Shown here: positions 56,346 through 64,000 of the stretch, piece after piece
Position numbering within the stretch: position 1 is the first letter of the stretch
Layout: each line of letters opens with the position of its first letter
Notes under the pieces: generated by a model
Database searches by the model: none
What the model was told of the DNA's origin: nothing
Seen by the model: only the letters and a program-made list of their open reading frames with translations
Assembly: GCF_050729195.1 (NCBI RefSeq)
Contig: NZ_JBOHKS010000053.1
Coordinates: forward strand, 6,128-70,127
Origin: Hypericibacter sp.
GTDB lineage: Bacteria; Pseudomonadota; Alphaproteobacteria; Dongiales; Dongiaceae
Reading direction: 5' to 3'
DNA length: 64,000 nucleotides
Program-made: the position numbers and the translations under genes

Positions 56346-57161
56346 ATGAACGCGCGGGCGGGTGAAACGGCCGAGCTGCTCGAACGGCTTGCACGCCTCG
56401 CCGAGCAGGCCGGCGACGAGATTCTGCGCCATTATCAGGGTCCGATCGCGGTGACGCGAAAGGCCGACGCCTCGCCGGTCACGGCGGCAGACCAGGCGGC
56501 GGAAACGATCATCCTCGAGACGCTGGTGCCGCTCCTGCCGGGTGTCCCGGTGGTTTCCGAGGAAGCGAGCGCGGCGGGTCATACGCCGACGATCGGCGAC
56601 GGCACCTCGCCCGACCGGCGCTTCTGGCTGGTCGATCCGCTGGACGGCACCAAGGAGTTCTTGAGCCGCAACGGGCAATTCACCGTCAATATCGCCCTGA
56701 TCCAAGGGAGCCGGCCGGTTCTGGGCGTGGTGCATCTGCCGGCCCTGGGGACGACCTATACCGGCAGCGCACCGGCCATGGGTGGTCCGGGCATCGCCAT
56801 GATGACCCATCGCGGCGACCGGCCCCGACCCATCGCCTGCCGGCGCCAACCCAAGGAGGGCGCGATCGTGCTCGCCAGCCGGTCCCATGCCAATGAGGCG
56901 GCACTCCAGGCCTTTCTCTCGAACGAGCAGGTGGCGACGCTCGAGAATGCCGGCAGCTCGCTCAAATTCTGCCGCGTCGCCGAGGGCCTCGCCGACATCT
57001 ATCCGCGGCTGGGACGGACCATGGAATGGGACACGGCGGCGGGCCAGGCGGTGCTGGCCGCGGCCGGTGGCTCGGTCCGGACCCTGGACGGCAAGGAGCT
57101 CGGCTATGGCAAGCCGGGCCTCGATAACCCGCATTTCGTGGCGCGTGGACGCGACGCGTGA
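56346..57161 (+). CDS. cysQ: 3'(2'),5'-bisphosphate nucleotidase
   Basis: KADASPVTAAD, VVSEE, WLVDPLDGTKEF, GSSLKFC, EWDTAAGQAV. Confidence 0.93.
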   Translation: MNARAGETAELLERLARLAEQAGDEILRHYQGPIAVTRKADASPVTAADQAAETIILETLVPLLPGVPVVSEEASAAGHTPTIGDGTSPDRRFWLVDPLDGTKEFLSRNGQFTVNIALIQGSRPVLGVVHLPALGTTYTGSAPAMGGPGIAMMTHRGDRPRPIACRRQPKEGAIVLASRSHANEAALQAFLSNEQVATLENAGSSLKFCRVAEGLADIYPRLGRTMEWDTAAGQAVLAAAGGSVRTLDGKELGYGKPGLDNPHFVARGRDA

Positions 57162-58141
57162 GCGGACCGGCGTCACGGATCCTGCCGCCGACCGACGCCG
57201 CCATCGCCGAAGCTGCGTCCCTGCTCGAGGCCGGCGCGCTGGTGGCGCTGCCGACCGAGACGGTTTACGGCCTCGCCGGCGACGCGACCTCCGATAGAGC
57301 GGTCGCTGCCATCTTCGCCGCCAAGGACCGGCCGCAGTTCAATCCGCTGATCGCGCATTATCGTTCCATCGTCGAAGCCGCCCGCGACGTCGTGTTCGAC
57401 GAGAAGGCCAGCCTGCTGGCGCGGCGCTTTTGGCCGGGCCCGCTGACATTGGTGCTGCCGCGCCGCGCGGAGTGCCGGATCAGCCTGCTCGCCAGCGCCG
57501 GTCTCGACAGCCAGGCGGTGCGTGTGCCGCGCCATGAGGTGGCGCAACGCCTGCTCGCCAAGTTCGGCCGCCCCCTCGCCGCTCCCAGCGCCAACCGCTC
57601 CGGACGCATCAGCCCCACCCACCCCTCCCATGTCGCCGAGGAGCTTGGGGCCAGCGTCGCGCTGATCCTCGATGGCGGCCCCTGCGCGATCGGAATCGAA
57701 TCGACCGTGGTGGCGCTCCTGGAAGGCGGACCGGTGTTGCTGCGCCCGGGCGCCGTCACCGAGGAAGAGATCGTGGCGGCGATCGGACCGATCGCTCATG
57801 CCGGCGAAGGCGGACAGCCGCGTGGGCCCGGCATGCTGGCCAGCCATTACGCGCCGGACCTGCCGCTGCGACTCGATGCGAGCGAATGGCATGAGGGCGA
57901 GGCGTTGCTGGCCTTCGGGCCGCGGCCGGTCGCCGGCGCCGCACTGACCTTCAATCTCAGCCCCAGCGGCGATCTCAAGGAGGCAGCGGCGATGCTCTTC
58001 GCGGCGCTGCGGCGGCTGGACCAGCAGGGGCGCCAGCAAGGGCTCACCGGCATTGCCGCCACGCCGATCCCCGAGCGCGGGCTCGGGCGCGCGATCAATG
58101 ACCGCCTGCGGCGCGCGGCAGCACCCCGTTCCCGGACCTGA
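57158..58141 (+). CDS. sua5: L-threonylcarbamoyladenylate synthase (Sua5 type)
   Basis: VALPTETVYGLA, KDRPQFNPLI, FWPGPLT, AAPSANRSG, GIESTV, PGMLASHYAP plus SUA5 C-domain. Confidence 0.93.
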   Translation: MSGPASRILPPTDAAIAEAASLLEAGALVALPTETVYGLAGDATSDRAVAAIFAAKDRPQFNPLIAHYRSIVEAARDVVFDEKASLLARRFWPGPLTLVLPRRAECRISLLASAGLDSQAVRVPRHEVAQRLLAKFGRPLAAPSANRSGRISPTHPSHVAEELGASVALILDGGPCAIGIESTVVALLEGGPVLLRPGAVTEEEIVAAIGPIAHAGEGGQPRGPGMLASHYAPDLPLRLDASEWHEGEALLAFGPRPVAGAALTFNLSPSGDLKEAAAMLFAALRRLDQQGRQQGLTGIAATPIPERGLGRAINDRLRRAAAPRSRT

Positions 58142-58243
58142 GATCGAACGCCGCTCGTCGCGACTCGGCCGAAGGGCGCTGTTCGATGGGAGGACGCGCG
58201 ACTAAGCTTCGGCGACGCCTCGCCATCGGAAGGATCCCGGATC

Positions 58244-60040
58244 ATGACGGACTATGTCGCGCCCCTGGCCGAAATGCGTTTCGTGCTGGATGAAACGGTG
58301 GGCCTCGACGCCATCGGCAAACTGCCGGGCTTCGAGGACGCCACGGCCGAACTGGTCGAGCAGGTCCTGACCGAGGCCGGCAAGTTCGCCGCCGGCGTGC
58401 TGGCGCCGCTCAATCGCATCGGCGACGAGGAAGGCAGCCGTCTCGAGAATGGCGCCGTCGTGACGCCGAAAGGATTCCGCGAGGCCTATCGCGCTTTCGC
58501 CGAAGGCGGCTGGAACAGCGTGCCGTTCGAAGCCGAGTGGGGCGGCCAGGGATTGCCCTGGTCGGTCGCGATCGCGGTCCAGGAAATGTGGTCGTCGGCG
58601 AACATGGCGTTCTCGCTCTGCCCGCTCCTCACGCAAGGCGCCATCGAAGCGCTGCAGCGCCATGGCTCGCCCGAGCAGAAGGCCGCCTATCTCCCGAAGC
58701 TGATCTCGGGCGAATGGACCGGCACGATGAATCTGACCGAGCCCCAGGCGGGATCGGACGTCGGCGCCTTGCGCACAAAGGCGGTCAAGGAAGGCGACCG
58801 CTATCGCATCACCGGGCAGAAGATCTTCATCACCTATGGCGAGCAGGATTTCAGCGAGAACATCGTCCATCTCGTGCTGGCCCGTACGCCCAACGCACCC
58901 GCCGGCACCAAGGGCATCTCGCTCTTCATCGTGCCGAAATTCCTGCCCAATCCCGACGGCAGCCTGGGTCAGCGCAACGATCTACGCTGCCTCTCGCTCG
59001 AGCATAAGCTCGGAATCAAGGCGAGCCCGACCTGCGTCATGGCCTATGGCGAGAATGACGGCGGCGCCATCGGCTTCCTGGTCGGCGAAGAGCAGCGCGG
59101 CATGGAATACATGTTCACGATGATGAACAATGCGCGCCTCAGCGTCGGCGTCGAGGGACTGGCGGTGGCCGAGCGCGCGCTGCAGCAGGCGCGCGGCTAT
59201 GCGCGCGAGCGCGTGCAGAGCCGACCTGTGGATACCAAGAGCGGCGAAACCGCTTCCATCATCCATCATCCCGACGTGCGCCGCATGCTGATGACGATGC
59301 GGGCCCTGGTCGAGGCGATGCGCGCCCTGGCCTATCTGAATGCGGCAGCCCTCGATCACGCCAAGCGAGGCAGCGACGAAGCCGCCCGCAACAAGGCGCT
59401 GATGCGTGCCGAGCTGTTGATCCCGCTCTCCAAGGCCTGGAGCACCGATCGCGGCATCGATGTCGCCTCGCTCAACATCCAGATCCATGGCGGCCTCGGC
59501 TTCATCGAGAGCACCGGTGCGGCGCAGCATCTGCGCGACGTGCGCATCACGCCGATCTATGAGGGCACCAACGGCATCCAGGCGATCGATCTCGTCGGCC
59601 GCAAGCTCGGCCGCGACCAGGGTGCGGCCATGGCGGCGCTGATCGCCGAGATGCGCGCCGACATGGCAAGCCTGAGCGGCGGTGGCGACAAGGATCTGGC
59701 GACGCTGGCGAAGGCGCTGGCGCCGGCCCTCGATGATCTCGCCCAGACAACGCAATGGCTCGTGGAGCGGCTGAAGAGCGGCCTGCCCCAGGTGCTCGCC
59801 GGTGCCACGCCCTATCTCGATCTGGCGGGAACCACGGTCGGCGCCTGGCAGCTGGCGCGTCAGGCGCAAGCCGCGCGCCGTCGACTGGCCGCGGGCGGCG
59901 AGGATGGCGACTATCTTGCGGCCAAGATCGCCACCGCGCTGTTCTTCGCGGCCCATATCCTGCCGCACAGCCATGGGCTGGCCGCGGCCGTGACCGCGGG
60001 CGCCGACAGCACCCTTCGTCTCGCGCCCGACCAGATCTGA
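58244..60040 (+). CDS. Acyl-CoA dehydrogenase (~600 aa, DmdC/AidB-like long family)
   Basis: GTMNLTEPQAGSD, GQKIFIT, GTKGISLF, EHKLGIKASPTC, QIHGGLG, IYEGTNGIQA. Confidence 0.9.
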   Translation: MTDYVAPLAEMRFVLDETVGLDAIGKLPGFEDATAELVEQVLTEAGKFAAGVLAPLNRIGDEEGSRLENGAVVTPKGFREAYRAFAEGGWNSVPFEAEWGGQGLPWSVAIAVQEMWSSANMAFSLCPLLTQGAIEALQRHGSPEQKAAYLPKLISGEWTGTMNLTEPQAGSDVGALRTKAVKEGDRYRITGQKIFITYGEQDFSENIVHLVLARTPNAPAGTKGISLFIVPKFLPNPDGSLGQRNDLRCLSLEHKLGIKASPTCVMAYGENDGGAIGFLVGEEQRGMEYMFTMMNNARLSVGVEGLAVAERALQQARGYARERVQSRPVDTKSGETASIIHHPDVRRMLMTMRALVEAMRALAYLNAAALDHAKRGSDEAARNKALMRAELLIPLSKAWSTDRGIDVASLNIQIHGGLGFIESTGAAQHLRDVRITPIYEGTNGIQAIDLVGRKLGRDQGAAMAALIAEMRADMASLSGGGDKDLATLAKALAPALDDLAQTTQWLVERLKSGLPQVLAGATPYLDLAGTTVGAWQLARQAQAARRRLAAGGEDGDYLAAKIATALFFAAHILPHSHGLAAAVTAGADSTLRLAPDQI

Positions 60041-60226
60041 TCGAATCCGACCGATAGGTTTCTGAGCGAACCCGACTGTCCTTCGCCGCAAATGGCGTGG
60101 AATTGGTTCAGGCGGTATGGTTCTGGCTTGCCAAGGGCCAGCCATCCGCGCTTTCATTCTTGCGGCAAACAGGCGCTGGAGCGGATGACCGCAACCGGCA
60201 CCAAGAATTCCAAGGGAGGAATCACT

Positions 60227-61204
60227 ATGGCGAAAGGCTTCAAGGCCCTCGCTGGCGCTGCGACCGTCATCGGCGGTCTGGCGTTGGCGGCGGGATGGGC
60301 TTCATCGGCCAAGGCCGAAGTGCCGGAATCGACCGACCCGATCAAGATCGCGCTGTTCGACTGGACCAGCGTGAACATCAACGCGAAGATCCTCGGCACC
60401 ATCCTGACGCGGCTCGGATACAACGTCGAATATCCGACCGCCGACTATCTTTCGAGCCTCACCACCGGCCTCACCAATGGCGACCTGACCGTCGGCCTCG
60501 AGTTCTGGGACACGACCGCGGGCGAAGCCATGAAGGCGTCGGACGCGACCGGCGAGACCGAGCGCCTCGGCGCACTCGGCCCGAAGGCGAAGGAAGAGTG
60601 GTGGTACCCGATGTATATGAAGGAGAAGTGCCCCGGACTCCCGGACTGGAAGGCGCTGCTCGATCCGAAATGCGCTGCTGCCTTCTCGACGCCGGAGACG
60701 GCGCCCAAGGGCCGCTATCTCGGCGGTCCCGTGACCTGGGAAGGGTTCGACGACGAGCGTGTCGAAGCGCTGAAGCTGCCCTTCGTGGTGGTGCATGCGG
60801 GCACCGACGCGGCGATGTTCGCCGAGCTCGATTCCGCCTATCAGCGCAAGGCCCCGATCATGCTGTGGATCTACTCGCCGCACTGGGCGCCGGCGAAGTA
60901 TCAGGGCGAATGGGTGCAGTTCCCGGAATATACGCCCGAATGCTACAACGACCCGAAATGGGGCGTGAACCCCGACCTCGCGCATGATTGCGGCAAGCCG
61001 CATGGCGAGATCTGGAAATATGCGTGGGCGGGCATGAAGGACAAATGGCCGGTCGCTTACAAGGTGGCGAAGGCCTATGTCATCGACGTCAACGATCTGA
61101 ACAAGTTGAGCGGCCAAGTCGATCTCGATGGCAAGTCCATCGATGACGTTGCCACGGCCTGGGTCGATGCGCATGAATCGACCTGGAAAGCGTGGGCCCA
61201 GTAA
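60227..61204 (+). CDS. Betaine/TMAO-type ABC substrate-binding protein (TmoX/ProX-like)
   Basis: Signal peptide; EEWWYP..MKEKCPGLPDW, FSTPETAPKGRY, HAGTDAA, YSPHW, DCGKP; GGGAGG RBS. Confidence 0.85.
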   Translation: MAKGFKALAGAATVIGGLALAAGWASSAKAEVPESTDPIKIALFDWTSVNINAKILGTILTRLGYNVEYPTADYLSSLTTGLTNGDLTVGLEFWDTTAGEAMKASDATGETERLGALGPKAKEEWWYPMYMKEKCPGLPDWKALLDPKCAAAFSTPETAPKGRYLGGPVTWEGFDDERVEALKLPFVVVHAGTDAAMFAELDSAYQRKAPIMLWIYSPHWAPAKYQGEWVQFPEYTPECYNDPKWGVNPDLAHDCGKPHGEIWKYAWAGMKDKWPVAYKVAKAYVIDVNDLNKLSGQVDLDGKSIDDVATAWVDAHESTWKAWAQ

Positions 61205-61267
61205 GCAGTCGCTTCGGCTCAAGAGCGCGCGCGAGCGTCCGCATTGAGCCCACCGCCGGAAGCAGGG

Positions 61268-61303
61268 ACCGGTTCGAGGATTGAAACACCTCGAACCGGT
61301 TTT
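61268..61303 (+). terminator. Intercistronic stem-loop after binding-protein gene
   Basis: ACCGGTTCGAGG/CCTCGAACCGGT 12-bp stem followed by TTT. Confidence 0.7.
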
Positions 61304-61373
61304 CCGGTTATCAGGCGAGTCACGGTATCGATGAATTGAATCGCCACCGGCGCGGGGGACGGGAACGAACCGG

Positions 61374-62447
61374 ATGAGTGTGACGCGACCCACTGCAAAT
61401 GTGACTGCGGCGCTGGACAAGCGCCCAGTAATGCTCGCCAGCCACAATGTGTGGAAAGTCTATGGCCGCGGCGCGGAGGAGGTCATGGCGGCCGGGGGCG
61501 GGAAGCCCAGTGCCGCGGATTTGAGCGCGGCCGGGCTGATCGGTGCCGTGCGCGACGCCAGCGTCGAGGTCAAGGAAGGCGAGATATTCATCATCATGGG
61601 GCTGTCGGGGTCGGGAAAATCGACCCTGCTGCGCTGCATGGCGCGCCTGATCGAGCCGACGGCAGGCGAGGTCATGTTCGAGGGCCGCAACCTCCTCGAG
61701 GCGACAGAACGGGAATTGATCGAGATCCGGCGCCATCGTATGGGGATGGTGTTCCAGCATTTCGCCCTGCTGCCGCATCTGACCGTGCTGGAGAACGTCG
61801 CCTTTCCGCTTTCGGTCCAGGGCCGACCCAAGGCCGAGCAGAGGAAGCGCGCCCAGGAGATGGTCGATCTGGTCGGCCTCAAGGGCCGCGAAAATTATTA
61901 TCCGCGCGAATTGTCGGGCGGCCAGCAGCAGCGCGTCGGCATCGCGCGCAGCCTCGCGGTCGAGCCGCAGATCTGGTTCCTGGACGAGCCCTTCTCCGCA
62001 CTCGATCCGCTGATCCGGCGCGAGATGCAGCAGGAGCTGATGCGCCTGCAGAACGTGCTGCACAAGACCATCGTCTTCATCACCCATGATTTCGACGAGG
62101 CCATCCGTCTCGCCGACCGCATCGCCATCATGAAGGATGGCGAGATCATCCAGATCGGCACGCCCGAGGACCTGGTGACGAAACCCGCGACCGACTATGT
62201 GGCGGAGTTCACCCGCGACGTGCAGCGCTCCAAGGTGCTGTCGGCGCGAACACTGATGATGCCGGCGGGCGCGGACACCGCCGCGGCGCGCAAGGTCGCC
62301 GCCACCGCGAAGATCGCCAGCTTCGCCGCCGACATCGTCGCGGCCGGACGGCCCTTCGCGGTCACCGACGAGGATGGTGCTGTCATCGGCCAGGTGACGC
62401 CCGCCGCCGTCATCAACCTCCTGGCGGGCCGCGAGAGCGCCGCGTGA
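61374..62447 (+). CDS. Betaine-type ABC ATP-binding protein (ProV/TmoW-like)
   Basis: GLSGSGKST, LSGGQQQRVGIAR, FLDEPFSALDPLIR, FITHD. Confidence 0.92.
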   Translation: MSVTRPTANVTAALDKRPVMLASHNVWKVYGRGAEEVMAAGGGKPSAADLSAAGLIGAVRDASVEVKEGEIFIIMGLSGSGKSTLLRCMARLIEPTAGEVMFEGRNLLEATERELIEIRRHRMGMVFQHFALLPHLTVLENVAFPLSVQGRPKAEQRKRAQEMVDLVGLKGRENYYPRELSGGQQQRVGIARSLAVEPQIWFLDEPFSALDPLIRREMQQELMRLQNVLHKTIVFITHDFDEAIRLADRIAIMKDGEIIQIGTPEDLVTKPATDYVAEFTRDVQRSKVLSARTLMMPAGADTAAARKVAATAKIASFAADIVAAGRPFAVTDEDGAVIGQVTPAAVINLLAGRESAA

Positions 62448-64000
62448 CGGCGATCACCCACAGCTCCGGCGCCCGGCGCGCCGCGACCGACCCCTGGATC
62501 TGGGTCTGGCTGGGGGCTCTCCTGCTGTCGGCCCTGCTTTACGTCTTCCGCGACGCCGCCCCCTGGGCCGTGGATTATCCGAAAGAATGGATCGTTCCGC
62601 TCAGCGCCTGGATCAGCGCGGTGATGGGCTGGATCAAGACCAACTTCACCTGGTTGACGCGCGGCTTCTCCGGCCTCATCGCGATCCCGCTCGACGCCGC
62701 CTTCGGCCTGCTCGCCAAGAGCTTCAAGATCGGCCATGGCGCCGACGCGCTGGTGATCCCGCGCCTGTCCTGGGTGGGTATCGTGATCGCCGTCGCGCTG
62801 GCGGGATTGGCGCTGGGCGGCCGTTCGATCGGCATCGTCGCCGGCGCCTGCTTCCTCTATCTGGCGATCTTCGGGCAATGGGAAAGCTCGATGCTGACCC
62901 TGGCCCTCATCGCCATCTGCGTCCCCTTCTGCGTCGTCACCGGCATCCTGGTCGGCATCTTGGGTTATCGCCACCCGGCGATCGACCGGCTGCTGATCAC
63001 GCCGATCCTCGATCTGATGCAGACGATGCCGACCTTTGCCTATCTGGTGCCGATGCTGCTGCTGTTCGGCAACAACCCGGTCTCGGCCCTGCTCGCCACC
63101 GGCATCTTCGCCACGCCGCCGATGGTGCGTGCGACGATCCTCGCCCTCAATCGCGTGCCGCAGGAGATCGGCGATTTCGGCACCATGGCGGGCTGCACCC
63201 GCCTGCAGAAGCTGTGGCGCGTCCTGGTCCCGGCCGCGCGTCCCACCCTCATGGTCGGCGTCAACCAGGTGATCATGCTGTCGCTCAACATGGTGATCAT
63301 CTCTTCGATGATCGGCGCCGGCGGCCTCGGCTATGACGTGCTGCTCGCCATGCGCGCGCTCAAGGTGGGCCAGGCCCTCGAGGCCGGCCTCGCCATCGTG
63401 GCGCTCGCGATCGCCCTCGACCAGTTGAGCCAGGCCGCCGCCCGCCGGCGCCCGACCCATCGCATCGAGGGCACGCTCTGGCAGCGCCATCCCTACCTCG
63501 TCTCGGCCCTGGCGGCGTTGGCCGTGACGACACTGATCAGCATCGGCTGGCCCCCGCTCTACAAGGTGCCGAGCTCGATCACCATCAGCACCGCGCCGAT
63601 CTGGAAGTCGATGGTGGATTGGATCAATTTGAACTTCTTCGACATCATCGAAGTGGTTCGCACCTTCATGCTGCTGCATATCCTGAATCCCACGCGCGCC
63701 TTCCTGGACGGCATGCCCTGGCTGGCGGCGACGGGATTGCTGGGACTGGCGGGCTGGCGGCTGGGCGGACCCAAGCTGGCGATCCTCGCGGCCGGACTGA
63801 CCTTCTTCTGCGCCGCGGTGGGTTTGTGGGAGAAGACCATGGCCACGGTCTATCTCTGCGGCATCGGCTCGATCATCTCGGCGCTGATCGGGATTCCGAT
63901 CGGCGTCTGGGGAGCGCGCAGCGACAAGGCGCACCGCATCATCACGCCGATCATCGACACGCTGCAGACCCTGCCCTCCTTCGTCTTCCTCATCCCGGTG
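62444..64000 (+). CDS. Betaine-type ABC permease with two fused permease modules (truncated by right edge)
   Basis: Read manually from GTG 62444 (GTGA overlap): first module ...LDLMQTMPTFAYLVP...GVNQVIMLSLNMV, then a second module ...IIDTLQTLPSFVFLIP at the edge. Confidence 0.85.
   Translation, partial: MTAITHSSGARRAATDPWIWVWLGALLLSALLYVFRDAAPWAVDYPKEWIVPLSAWISAVMGWIKTNFTWLTRGFSGLIAIPLDAAFGLLAKSFKIGHGADALVIPRLSWVGIVIAVALAGLALGGRSIGIVAGACFLYLAIFGQWESSMLTLALIAICVPFCVVTGILVGILGYRHPAIDRLLITPILDLMQTMPTFAYLVPMLLLFGNNPVSALLATGIFATPPMVRATILALNRVPQEIGDFGTMAGCTRLQKLWRVLVPAARPTLMVGVNQVIMLSLNMVIISSMIGAGGLGYDVLLAMRALKVGQALEAGLAIVALAIALDQLSQAAARRRPTHRIEGTLWQRHPYLVSALAALAVTTLISIGWPPLYKVPSSITISTAPIWKSMVDWINLNFFDIIEVVRTFMLLHILNPTRAFLDGMPWLAATGLLGLAGWRLGGPKLAILAAGLTFFCAAVGLWEKTMATVYLCGIGSIISALIGIPIGVWGARSDKAHRIITPIIDTLQTLPSFVFLIPV

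Noticed and set aside
41597-64000. attR duplicate of the tRNA-Val 3' end and an integrase
   Set aside because: No copy of TTCAATCCCTGTCGCGCCCACCA or recombinase motif found by eye; an exact search would be decisive.

Overview
GC-rich alphaproteobacterial chromosomal segment (Rhodospirillales-like by gene content and style; taxonomy is inference). Core genes (rpsD, trmJ-like, cimA, cysS, gltX, class II DAHP synthase, pncB, gor, gabD/gabT, glmS/glmU, gph, tRNA-Val(CAC), cysQ, sua5) alternate with accessory blocks: (i) an ECF-sigma/small-partner cassette bracketed by a 72-bp duplicated 3' end of an ArgE/DapE-family gene; (ii) a ~10 kb catabolic region run by two paralogous GntR regulators that share an AT-rich operator-like box (polyamine-type ABC importer, M20 hydrolase, FAA hydrolase, amidohydrolase, V4R/DUF5943 protein, HIT); (iii) downstream of tRNA-Val, a hydantoinase/oxoprolinase B+A pair with a sugar-type ABC importer and GntR with a perfect 16-bp palindrome on its promoter, next to a FecR-like/RTX/NIDO secreted protein; (iv) a TmoXWV/ProXVW-like ABC importer running off the right edge. 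No integrase, transposase, CRISPR array, rRNA or phage genes were seen. Starts were re-chosen by eye from the ORF track where a better RBS or family N-terminus was evident; no database searches were run, so family calls rest on recognised motifs.
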